From assembly GCA_003427395.1 (NCBI GenBank), contig BFEA01000011.1:1947229-2011228 (forward strand): a DNA stretch of 64,000 bases. The letters are read 5' to 3'. The translations under genes were made by a program, and so were the position numbers. Source of the DNA: Chara braunii (taxonomy: Eukaryota; Plantae; Charophyceae). Positions 38,339-55,057 of the stretch are shown here, piece after piece. Position 1 is the stretch's first letter; each line of letters opens with the position of its first letter. The notes under the pieces are model-generated. The model did no database searches and was not told where the DNA came from. It saw only the letters and a program-made list of their open reading frames with translations.

Positions 38339-38497
38339 TTGAGAATGAAAAAGAATGACCCTAACCAGACTGTTCGACTTGAGAATGGAAAGGAATGACC
38401 CTAACCAGGCTGTTCAACTTGAGAATGGAAAGGAATGACCCTAACCAGACTATTCAACTTGAGAATGAAAAAGAATGACCCTAACCAGGTTATTCCG
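38339..38497. repeat. 40-bp tandem repeat x4 in the 3' UTR
   Basis: TTGAGAATG at 38339, 38379, 38419 and 38459. Confidence 0.95.
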
Positions 38498-38610
38498 AAA
38501 TGACCCTTAACAAGGGTTATTTCTTCTGAAATAGGCACTGGGTCCCCTTGCATGACTGTTTGAGAAAGACTGATTGAGAATGAACTAGAATGAGTGATGT
38601 GAAATAGAAA

Positions 38611-38990
38611 AGGCCGGTGGGTCGGTTATTGAAATAGCCATGAGAAAGGGGGAAATAAAAAATGAGAAGGGAAAAGGTCGGTGGGCCGGTCATTGAAATA
38701 GCCACGACGAAGCGTGATGACCATCGGGTCGGTCATTGAAATAGTCGTGAGAAAGGATGAAAATGATAGCTGTGAATGGAAGAAGCCGAAGGGACGGTCA
38801 TTAAAAACGCCCCTGAAACAAAATTGAGAAGAAAAAAATTGAAGGGCAGGATAAAAGAGGGCAGGCATTGAATTGAGAAAGACTTCGACCGTCGGGACAG
38901 TCACAACGGACAACTATTGAAAAAGCAAAAATTGAGAGGTAAGAGATGGGCCGATGGGTCGGTCATGAGAAGTGGCCTATTGAAAAGAGG
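38611..38990 (+). repeat. Dispersed hairpin motif GGYCGRTGGGYCGGTYATTGAAATAG, ~6 copies
   Basis: Copies at ~38612, 38676, 38720, 38783, 38887 and 38949. Confidence 0.65.
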
Positions 38991-40095
38991 CCGCCAGATC
39001 AGCCACAAGGGATGACCTTGCTAAAGAAAGGCTGTCGGACCAGCCATGAGAATCAGCCTTGAGAAAAAAGTTGGGAAGCGCATTGGATTAAGCATTTGCC
39101 TGATGATTGAAAATTGCATTGCATTAGCAGGGGACCCTAGACAATTTGAAAAGAGGTCGCAAATTGACCATGAAAATAACAAGAGATTGAGTCTTCCTTT
39201 TTCTTCTAGTCTCAGGTCTCAGCATGAGGGGGATAGTGGTGCATGCACTGCGACCCCGGGACCTCTACCCCGTAGGGAAATGTCCAAGTGCGACCTGTCC
39301 CTCCTAAGTAGGGCACCAAGTTAAAGGATCAAGGTATCAGTCACGATACTCGACATCCGGAACCAGCTCCGACAATGAGCTTTAGTCGGAAGGTTCAAAT
39401 TGCGCCTCGCGTTGAGGTCCTAAAAAGTCAAGGGCGCTGAGATGGGCCGAAAAGTTGTTCTTCTAAGTCTTGATGACCCTCTCTAACCATACGCCACGCC
39501 GTTGAGGGGCGGCCTGACCGTTTGGGATGGACCTAGGCTGCTCACACTAAGTCAAGCGGCACTGTCCACAGGGAAGGTCGGGGCAAGGTATCGGGTGGAG
39601 TCCGCCACCACCACAGGGCACTAACACCGCCCTGTCGGAGTATTACAACCGTTCCGAGGACTAACTGTGAAGTCTCGTAACCGCACTCGCAAACTAATAG
39701 AGAGTCCCAACTCTCTTGAGAAGGAAGAGGCCGGATCCATAGAACTTACCACTTCGGAGGAACGATTCGCGAGGGAGCTACTTATAGTATGATGGGGTCC
39801 TGGGAGGAGTGAACAAGACCCACCTAACAGATGCGAGGAGGCACCTCAATGATGATGCCCATCTCCAAAAAAGTGGCCGCCGAACTAGAGTAGAGGATGG
39901 GGTGAGTTATCAGCAGGGGGAGGACTGATCACCCTTCCTTCTGCGGACAAATGGGACGGCATCTGTCTACTTAGTTGGCAGGCAAGGTATGCGTACCTCC
40001 AAGTGAGAACCAGTTGCGGGATGGGGACATCGCGATTGAGTGGGGGAAGGGGTGTCATCCGCCTAAGAACAAACCATGCGAAAGAAACAACAGGC

Positions 40096-40860
40096 AAATG
40101 TATGTGGAAATGACTAAGCGAGGCCTGATAAAAGCTTGGCAAGATGGCCGTGAAAAATGTATGTGGAAATGACTAAGCTGGGTCTGAGAAAAGCCTGGTA
40201 AGATGTCCGTAAGAAATGTATGTGAAAATGACTAAGCTAGGCCATAGAAAAACCTAATAAGATGCCCGTGCGAAATGTATGTGGAAATGACTAAGCTAGG
40301 CCTGAGAGAAGGCTGGCAAGACGCCCGTGAGATATGTATGTGGAAGTGACTAAGCTGGACCTGAGAAAAATCTGGCAAGATGTCCGTGAGAAATGTATAT
40401 GGAAATGACTAAGCTGGGCATGAGAAAAACGTGGTAACATGCCTGTGAGAAATGTATGTGGAAATGACTAAGCTGGGCACGAGAAAAGCCTGGCAAGATG
40501 CCCATGAGAAATGTATGTGGAAAAGATTAAGCTAGGCCTAAGAAAAACCTGGCAAGATGCCCCGTGAGAAATGCATGTGAAATTGATTGAGCTTGATGAA
40601 GGCCTGGCAAGATGCCCAGAAGAAAAGTGCATGTAAAATTGACTTTGCTTGGACCGAGAAAGACCTGGCAAGATGGCCAGAAGAGAAGTGTATGTAAAAT
40701 TGATTGAGTTAGGGCTTGGAAAATACCTGGCAAGACGTCCAAAAGTGAAAGGCATGTAAAATTGATTGAGCTTGAGCATTGAGGGACACCTAGCAAGGAA
40801 AAAATGTATGTAAAAGGAATGAAGCTAGGACTTGAGAAAGGCCTGGCAAAATGACCAAAA
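40096..40860. repeat. ~59-bp tandem repeat, ~12-13 copies, in the 3' UTR
   Basis: AAATGTATGTGGAAATGACTAAGC at 40096, 40155, 40214 and onward, degrading toward the 3' end. Confidence 0.92.
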
Positions 40861-41034
40861 AATAAAAACGTGAGCGTAAGATCGAGAAAAGGATGGCAAG
40901 AAGTATGGATCGCACGAGCCGAAAAACCAATTAAAAGAGGCACTGAGGGTGGCGAAAGCCGGAAAGGGGACATGATCGATATGGGATGGAAAGGAGATCA
41001 ACCAAGGGCATTAGGGATGACAAGGCTCGGGAGA

Positions 41035-41212
41035 GAAGCATGGGTGATAAGAGACGAGAGGATCCAAAAGAAGGCTTGATGCTCTAAGAGTGATGAATGA
41101 GACGAAAGGAGTCAAAAGAAGACTTGGTGCTCTAAGAGTTATGAATGAGACGAAAGGCGCCAAAAGAAGATTTAATGCTTTAAGGGTGATGGATGAGACG
41201 AAAGAAGTTTGA
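41035..41212. repeat. 48-bp tandem repeat x~4
   Basis: GAGACGARAG at 41051, 41099, 41147 and 41195. Confidence 0.85.
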
Positions 41213-41428
41213 AGGAACTCCCTCTCTTCGGAAAGCTTGGCCCCCCCACACACCCTTCCCCGCCCCAAGGAGCGGAGATTAGAAGAGATCCCGAGAAAGG
41301 AACAAGAAAGGACAAAAGGACCCAGACAAACTAACTACTTACCACACCCCACCCCCTCTCTCCCGTCCATCCCTCCAGACCCCCTACCAACAGGAGACTG
41401 TTGCTCGATGGGAACATTGCGAATGACT

Positions 41429-41436
41429 GGGGGGAA
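41429..41436 (+). promoter_or_regulatory. Polypurine tract (PPT) of element A
   Basis: GGGGGGAA, 2 nt before the TGTCGGG start of the 3' LTR. Confidence 0.7.
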
Positions 41437-41438
41437 TG

Positions 41439-44400
41439 TGTCGGGACCAGTGAGTCGCGAATAGCGTTCCGGTGCTTGAGAGCCGATATATAGCCAAGTT
41501 GTGCATGATAGAGAAATCCGGAGTAAAGAGACAAGAGAGAGAGAAATGACAAAGGACTAGGACGTGACGGTCGGGAGGAATGATGCCCTGGGTTAAGAAC
41601 CGCAGGGAGAAAGAATCGGCAACGACAAGCAAGTAAGCACCAAGACATGGGCGCATAGGAGCATAGCATGAGGCCAGGAGGACCATTGGAATCCGGCATA
41701 ACGAGGACCAAGAGACCATTAACTTCGCAAACGCGGCGCGACAGATGACAAGAGAATAGGGAAGCCAAAAGGTGGACGGCCCCGGTGGTCGTGGAACGCT
41801 AGAAAATAAGAGCCCAACATGGGGGCCGCCTACGACAATTAATAGAAACCACGGTTTTGAGGCACCGCGGCCGGAGAAACCGGCGCGCGCAAGGCCCAAG
41901 AAAAGACAAATGAAAAGGGCCACAGTAGGGCGGTAAATGCCGAAAGAACATGGGACACCTTGAGGAAAGGCACCGGGGACCACATGAGACTAAGTAAAAA
42001 TGATGGGAGCCGGGACAAAATATGAGGGGTCCACCGGCGGGACAAAGTGTCGGGGACCACCGGTGGGATAAAGTGTCGGGGACCACCGGCGGGACGAAGT
42101 GTCGGGGACCACCGGCGGGACAAAATGTCGGGAACCACCGGCGGGACAAAGTGTCGGGAGAAGATCTCAAGAGGGATTGAGGAGCAACATGAGGAGAAAT
42201 AATTAAAACAAGGCGCATCGTCAAAATCTCGATCTTGATGACAAAAAATATTAGCACCACTAGTGCAAGCGCGAAGGCCCAAAAGAAAAGAAAAAATAAA
42301 GAAACATGAAGTGGGAGGCATGGGAGCAATCCGAAAAATCTCGGATCAGCCTCCCTAAAAAAAATGGAGTCAAAAGGGACTCTATGTGAAAAATAGGTCT
42401 CCCGGATAAAATCGGAGTAAAAAAATAGAGGTAAAAGGAAGCTCCCATGGGCATGAGGGAGCCATTATTATAGTCCGAGATATAACGGACTGCACCATGG
42501 GCATAGGGAGGGTCAGACGTAAGAGGAAGAACCTAGAAAAGGGCCTTAACGACCATTTGACACTTGACATGCTAGAAAAAGAAAGAAAAGTAAAGAAAAA
42601 TGTGGGAGAATAAGACAAAAATAGTGAGAGAGAGTGAATGAGTTGGCTGTCAGTAGGGATTACCACAGGTATGGACTAACAGTTCCCTACTGTCTAAGAA
42701 AGGAGGAAAAAAAAAAGAAAAGAAAAGGGGAAAAAAAAAAAAGAGAAAAAAACCTTAAAGGTAAAAAACGGTCACTTGGGGAGATACATCCGTGACCAGA
42801 TATATTATGGAATATGGCAGTTGCAAATAATCTTGATTTCCCCTTGATTTTGCAGAGAAAATAAAAAAAAATAAAGGCCCCATGCAACCGAAACACAACG
42901 GATTATATGAGGGAGGAGAAACACATGTTTTATGTGCATCCGGACCAAAATTGAGTCCGGATGCACTTGAAAGTTGACCGTTTCTTTTTCCTCCAGTTGT
43001 GGGCTAGTTATGGGGCAATAGGACTAGGAAATTAACCCCCATTGCAGTCCGAGTTACAACAGACTGCATGGGGAAGAAAAAACACATGTTTTAGGTGCAT
43101 CTGGGACCAATATTGAGCCCGAATGCACTTGAGAATTGAGCGCTTCATTTTCTTTCCATATGGGGCAAGTTGTGGGGTTGTGAGACTAGAAAAATGACCA
43201 TAATTGCAGTCTGAGAAATATCGGACTACATAAGGATGCCTAGGCTAAGAGAAAATGAGCCATGACAAACCTAAACGACCAGAAAATAGTGATTTCATCA
43301 TGGGGCAAATAAAAACGGTAAACAACAACTGTGAGATGAGATCTTGCGACAAAGAATAATCGACACACATAGGGCACCTAAGGAAGGGATATTGGAACCA
43401 CCAAGGACAAGGAGGTCCCAAAATAAAAATGAGACATCATCCGGGACGTTGCTGGGGACTAAGTGGGCCAAAATAAAAATAGTCGAAAAATGAGACTCAC
43501 GCCGGCGGGACTACCGGAGGGACAAAAAAAATGGAACTAGTACGGGGAGAGTGGCGGGGACCTGAGTTGTCCCAAGGTAACCATGAGCCAACATGAGGAA
43601 TAACCGCACAAAGCAAACGACACCGTCGAGATCAAAATCTAGACGGTAAAAAATATTAGGACCACTAGTGCAAGCACTAGTGGGATCAAGTGGGAGAGTC
43701 GTGAGAGAAGGTTAACAACAGTCGTATTTTTCATTACCACTTCAGGACACCCTTCACTACTTCAGGATGCAGCCTGCCAAAACAAATGGTTTTCAGGGTC
43801 TTCGGACCTTTCACCACTTCACGACACCCTTCACCACTTCAGCATGCAGTCTGCCTAAACAGGTGGTTTTCATAGTCTTCGGACCTTTCACCACTTATGA
43901 AAATCCTGAACGGTCCTGAAGTGGTGAAAACTCCGAAGACCCTAAAAACCACCTATTTAGACAGACTGCATCTTTAAGTAGTGAAGGGTGGTTTTCATGG
44001 TCTTCAGACCTTTCACCACTTCATGACCATTCAGGATTTTCAGACCTGAATGGTCTTGAAGTGGTGAAAGGTCCGAAGACCTGAAACAAGTGTTTTTTAT
44101 GGTCTTCGGACCTTTTACCACTTCAGGACCATTCAAGATTTTCAGCCTAAACAAAACTCTCACTTGACAACTTCAGGACACCCTTCCCCACTTCAGGATG
44201 CAACCTTCCTAAACAGGTGGTTTCAGGGTCTTCGGACCTTTCACCACTTCAGGACCATTCAAAATTTTCAGACTGCCTAAAATCTCACTTCAGAATTTTC
44301 ATTCCTGAATTTTCAGTTACCCGATAACCGTTTGTGAGAGGCGTGAGAGAAGAGAAAGCTTAATAATGATGGTTGAAGGGTTGCCCAACAATCCGGGGTA

Positions 44401-44906
44401 TCTCGGACTAGCTAGGCATGAGAAAATGGAGCACCAAGGGACTCAGCATGAGAAAAAGGCTGTCAAAAATAAATCGGAGCAAAGGGGGTCCACAATTGAG
44501 ACTAACGGAGGCAAAATAAAGCCCCTGTGTGGGGCCTTCATTATTGTAATCCGAGATATAACGACCAACTGTTGAATTTGAATCTGGCCATAGATGAAGA
44601 TCTATGGCCTACCAGGCCTAGAAAAAAACCGAACAGCCACTTGACACTTGTCACACGAGAAATAAAAGAAAAGAAAAGAAAAAGGGGGAAAAATGGAGGA
44701 AGAATGAGACAAAGGAGGAGAAAAGAGTGGAGGAGAATATGCCGGCCTATTGGGACCTGCGCAGTAGGGACTGGCAGGTCCCTACTGTGACCTCATCCTT
44801 CCAATATTCAAGGAGGGCAATCGAGAATGCAAAGATATAGCCTTTGGGGCAATATCTCCATAAAATCTGAATTAAAAAATACAAAATCAAAAGAAAATAC
44901 AAAGGG
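41439..44906 (+). repeat. 3' LTR of element A (first ~3 kb only)
   Basis: Colinear with 7350-10289; homology stops abruptly after ...AAAATACAAAGGG. Confidence 0.92.
43703..44336 (-). mobile_element. MITE copy 3 (reverse orientation), 8-bp TSD
   Basis: TSD AGAGTCGT/AGAGGCGT. The empty site AGAGCCGT is present in the 5' LTR (~9731) and AGAGTCGT in element C (~61684). Confidence 0.92.
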
Positions 44907-49659
<4,753 letters not shown>

Positions 49660-52175
49660 TGTCGGGACTGGTGGGTCCCGAATAACTTCCCATCACTCGA
49701 GAAACTAAGTATAGACAAATTGTGCACGACAGAGAAATCTGGAGTAAGGAGGAAAGAGAGAGAAAAAAAAAAGGATTAGGCTGCAGGAGGGAGTAATGCC
49801 CTGGGGTGAGAACCATAGGAGGAGAGAACCAGCAACGACAAACGAATGAGCGCAAGAACAAGGGCACATAGAACGTAGCATGAGGCCGGGGAGGCCGTTG
49901 GAATTCAACAAGACTAAGGCCAAAGGGCCCTTAAACCAGCAAACGCGGCACGACAGCGACAAAAGAATGAGGAAGTCGAGAGACGGACGGCCCGGGCGTC
50001 ATGGGAAGTTAGAAAATGAGGGCCCAACATGGGGGCCACCTACGAGAGCCTCGGGTTGGAGGCCCCGCGACCAAAGGAACCAGCGCGCTGTCGGCCCGAA
50101 TACCCTTACAAGGGTATTTGGGCGTTGTTTTGCAACTTACAGGAAGTACGGCCTGTGACGGTATCTAGGGGCGCGTCCCATTTTTGAGTAACCGCGACCA
50201 ATTCACAAGGATTGGGGGTGATATATGTTTTGAGTTGATTAGAGAGTGCGTGAGCGTGCACTTTGTGGGCACGCGTTAGCTCGACTAAAAAGTTGACAAA
50301 TGAAAGCTATGAGGCGTTGGTAGAGTAAGTAAGTGCTAGGTTGGAATCTTGGATAAAGTCATCACCTCGCACACACGGTTGAAATTATGGGCGGCCCTTC
50401 AGAGACAGACGCAGCAAGGGGAGGCATCATCCATTGGCCATGGCATTGCAGGGCTATGCGCACGACGGGCCAGGTAAAAGCTTGCCCCAAGTTGGCACGG
50501 CGCGCGTGCGGGGCCATGGCTTCAAAAGACGGGCCGGGGAGCGGCCTTGGTGCACCTCGGCAGGCTCAGGCCTGCGCAATTCCCCTTCATTTAAGGAATT
50601 GCGCCCATTGTAATCAGGCTTGGGCTTAGTCTTATTGGTTATAGCACTAGACTTTCACATTATAGGTCCTGGGTCGAGGCCAGCAGCTAGCATTGGAGGA
50701 GCGGAGGAATGCTATGGAGCACGCTAAGGAGTCAAACTATTCCCTTTAGTTTTTGTTGGGCGATCCGGCGGACCGAGGACCAAGTGTCAACGGTCCTCCT
50801 CCCCTTCTTCGTTTTTCCTCCTAAAATTTTTTAAGTTTCATTAGTTATTATTTTAATTTTAATTTTTCTTTCTTATCTTTATTCTCAAAGTCCCATTACG
50901 GGACGAGGCCCGACACGGGTCTTCGGGACAGGCTGTGACCCAAGATCTTGGTAAAGAAGAGACACCCACGAGTTGCTGGAATACATACCTGTGTTCGGAT
51001 CCAAGTAATGAAACTGTTGGGCATAGTCAAATAATTTTGAAATTGTCGGGGCCTGGCCTGTTCCACATTGATATTTTGGGGCCGGCGGACAGAACAGTCC
51101 TTCGGGACATCCGTTAAAATTGGAACGACACAGAGAGCTCTAGCATAACTCTGTTGATCGGGGCTGCATCCAGCAATTTAAGAATGAACCTGGGCGCAAG
51201 GGATAGCCAGGTGCACCTACGGGAAGGAGCGATTCGAGCTGGTGGATAGTAAGCGGAGGAGCAGATTAAGTCGGTTTCTCCTCTTTTTTTATTTATTTAT
51301 AGCCTCGCACTCGTGGCTGCGGCTAGAGTAAGCTGCGCTAAACAGGAGGAAAGGATACAGAAGCCGACGAGAAGGAAGAGTGAGAAGGAGAAGGGATGCG
51401 ACGGAGGTGAGGAAGGAAGAGTGAGGAGGAGGGGGGACTATAAAAGCACTCCTTGCGGTGTTTTCACGCTTTACTCAGGGAACTTGGAGGCGGCTGCGTT
51501 GGGCGCAGGTGTTGTCAGTCGAGCCAGAGGGAAGAGAGGAAGGAATAGGGAAAGAGGAAGCAGGTAGGGAAAGAAAGAGACCGGGGAGGGAGTACGAAGG
51601 AGATTAAGTTGGGGCTGGGTTCGAGGACCACGGAGTGCATGACTGGGCGGAGGAGGCTGGTGCAGAGTAGACCAACCAAATCGGATGCATCCGCCCATAA
51701 TCCAAGCGGAAGGTTCATTCGATGCTCACCGTATCGAGGGAAGCAGCGCGGGGAACTCCGCGAGGTTGGAAACTTGCTGTGGAGCAACGCGCGTAGCCGT
51801 GGCTATCTCTCCGCAAAAGTTCAATTCATTTTTATGATCGTGGTTGCAGATTGCCATCATCGGGGTCGTAATGCTGGTCATCGCCATCAGTCAGGGGCTC
51901 GTCATCAAGCTCAGTGTATTTTTTTTTTCGAAGACACATCGTGCTTGCCGTCGTGGTGCCCCTGATGACCGTCGTCTTTGCCTATGACCATCGTGCTAAT
52001 CATGAGCATCGGGGTGTTTGACCGTGTATCCGCCCGGCTCTAGCGGAAGAATGCGTTTCAATCCTTGATCGCAGACATTTTTTGAGAACTATCATGGAAG
52101 CTGAATGAACCTGGCCGAGTTTCGGGCCAGGTGCGTTGAAAGGGATAACGGGCGTGTGCGCCAACGAATAAGCCC

Positions 52176-52237
<62 letters not shown>

Positions 52238-54081
52238 GCCACGGATTGGCGTTACGAATGGGCCGGAAGTCGAGTTGCGGTATGATCGTTACCTTTTCTT
52301 TCTGAATCTAGTCGAAATAGTGGCCAGGTGCATCCGCGGTAAAAGGGGAGAAAGTAGGGTAGGAGAAGTTACGGAGGGTACAGGGGAGGCGATCGGACAC
52401 GGAAAACGAATGAGCATGAGCGGAGCGTGAAGGGACTATGTGGGTGGGAGTAAGTTGCGAGTGAGCGGCGTAGCGTGTGAGCGGCAGCGGGTGTGTGCGC
52501 GCGGTTCATCGTGGTCGGGCACGACTCACTGTTGCGCTCGCCACACTAGTTGTGAACGCCATCGCGTTCGTCATCGTGCACCTCGCAGTCGTCGGCGTCA
52601 ACGCACTGGGATCGGCTCGTCGTTCTGGAGGATGCATCAGTCCCCATGCTCATCACCAATCTGGGCTCGCCGCGTGGTCACCCCTGTCCCGATCAGGCCA
52701 TCGTGGTGGTCGTGTGCTGTCGGAGGTATATCTTCCCATGTTCTAACGGAACGGTCATTCTCACTTCACACTTTTGGTGAGCTCTGCAGTGGAAAGGCGA
52801 TATTGTCGATTTATCCTCGTGGTCCGTCCTTGAGTTGGCCATCATCTCGGTGCTGGGCTGCTGCTCTTCGTCGCGGTCTTCATCAACGTGGGCCCGCTAC
52901 CAGAACTGGTCGTCGGGATCCAGCTGGGAAGCGCGCTGCAGCTACCAGTTGTGAGGGGAGGCAGTCGGCTGTCATATTCTTTTGCTAAGTTTTAGATTTT
53001 TTCGATTATTCCATTTGGCAGACTGCAGTGTGTTACGTCGCTACTAGAAGCTGGGCCTACACGTCTGGTACTCTCCCGTCCGTCATGACCGCCGCCACGG
53101 AGAGATTGGCCCTGATGATCTGCTGCATATGGCAAAAATCTGGTGGAAGAATCCACCCCGATTATTTGCACATTTAGCGCAGTGTTGAAACGAAGAGAGT
53201 GAATCATTACATGTTCAAGGGGGTTCGTTGTCGGATATACCGAGAGATCGACAGAAACCTTGAGTTCATACCCATCTCCTACAGACGTAGTACGGACTGA
53301 CTTTTTGAGAGCTCTTTCTTGATTCTACGGGTAATACTGTACGACTGTTCTCGATTGGGGGGCGTCTTGTCTGAGCAATCCCGTTAACGGTCTGAGGATG
53401 GTGTAAGACTTGGTTCCGTCACCACTGGGTGACTCAGAGGTCCCTGACTACTGTTAGCAAATTCTTGATGAGCATCCTTTAGCAGGTGTTGCTACTATGG
53501 GCTCCAGTCCAATGCCGCTTGGAATCGTGGTCCTTGTCAGGGTGTTACTTCTGGCAAAGGTTAGTTATCACCTCAACATTATGTGCGACGGCATCTTTAT
53601 TTGAGGTGGTGATTGCAACTGTGATTGCTGGAGCTAGTGCAATTGACCAAGAGCTCGTGTTGCTACTGGTTGTAACGACTGTTGCCTGGCTGACCTCAGG
53701 CTGCTACTGAAATTCAATATATTATCCCTGCTGGTTCCATACGCTGCTGAGGGGGTCGGACGTCTATTACTGAGTTTCGACCAGTATCACAGTTGGAGCA
53801 TACTGCGTCCCACATTTTTTAGTTACACTACTGCTGTGGGAGCCAGTACTGCGACTGCTACTGGCACGGTGCAGCTTGGGCCCCGTAGGCTGGCGCGGTC
53901 AGATCTGGAGGCTTGCCGCTACCTAAAAGCTTCGGGAGGGCCTTGACCCAGCGATAGTCGAGACCGTGCGCTGCCGTGCTCTCCATCTACGCCAGTGGTG
54001 AGCAATCCGCTGTGCCACTTGCTGCGATCTACCGTCTTGCTAAAACCAGTTGGGCACTGACCATCAAACCGCTACTGTGAA

Positions 54082-54225
54082 GGGGGCTGCTACTAGCTAA
54101 GCGCGCTGCTGCACGTATGTCTGGGTCTTCGCACTGAGAACCTCGTTGTGCAGGGGGCTGCTACTAGCTAAGCGCGCTGCTGCACGTATATCTGGGTCTT
54201 CGCTTTGAGAACCTCGTTGTGGAGG
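54082..54225. repeat. ~72-bp tandem duplication
   Basis: GGGGCTGCTACTAGCTAAGCGCGCTGCTGCACGTAT...GAGAACCTCGTTGTG occurs twice. Confidence 0.9.
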
Positions 54226-55057
54226 GGGGCGCCCGGTTTATTTTTAGGGACTGCTGCATCTGCTACTACGGTGGAAGGGCCGCTGCTACTAAATCGGACT
54301 GTCACGATACGCAGCTTGTGCGTCACTAAGTCTTTGTGGAGCTGTTGGGGTGCATCCTGCTGCGTAGCCCATACTCTGCCGTGTTTTCATTGTTGATTCT
54401 CACTGTGTTGTGCACTAGCTGCGCACAGCCGTGGACTCGGGGGAGAGATCAGACTTCGCAAGGGAGTTCATTGCTGCAACTTGGAGATCTGCCTGAGAAC
54501 TTGTGCACTACGTTCCGTCCGTGGTCTTGACCGTCTTCTGCTGCGTTTTCTTTTGGCCACCATTGCGGGAACCTCAGGCGCATCCAGATTTCAAGGCCCT
54601 TTCATTGTGAGTTGAGTTTTTCCACCCTTGGATCTCGAGAGTCTGAACTTTCTACTTTTATCCTTCTTACTCTCAGTCTAGTCTAAGGTTACGAGAGGAA
54701 GGCGGCAGGCGGGATTGCAACCCGTAGGTCCGCATCAAAACCTTGTGGGAGGTCCACCCACCAATTGCGGAAGCTCTACCGGAACCTAGGCGGGGTTCTG
54801 GAGGCAGGGAACTTCATGTATAATTTTGTCTGACGCGTGGGATCCTTTCCCCTAAGTATTATCCCTTGGGTATCTGAATATAGTTGTGGAAGGATACTAC
54901 TTTTTGTTTTGCTATGTATGTCAAGATATGTTTTGTGAAAGGCTAAACGAACAAGTATATATGAAAGGTCAGATATTGTTTGAGCGAATTCAGACAAAGG
55001 TGAATTGGGGGAAGGCGGAAGAAAGGTGTTTTGCATGCTTTGACCGGGTCAACCCAA

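Larger units (their letters stand above)
7350..44906 (+). mobile_element. Element A: giant decayed Ty3/Gypsy LTR retrotransposon (3' LTR truncated)
   Basis: Homologous LTR starts TGTCGGGACC at 7350 and 41439, colinear for ~3 kb. PPT lies before 41439. Domain order gag-PR-RT-RH-INT. Many stops and frameshifts. Confidence 0.9.

Noticed and set aside
38358-38487. CCCTAACC as telomeric repeat
   Set aside because: A single motif per 40-bp unit, not a tandem telomere tract.
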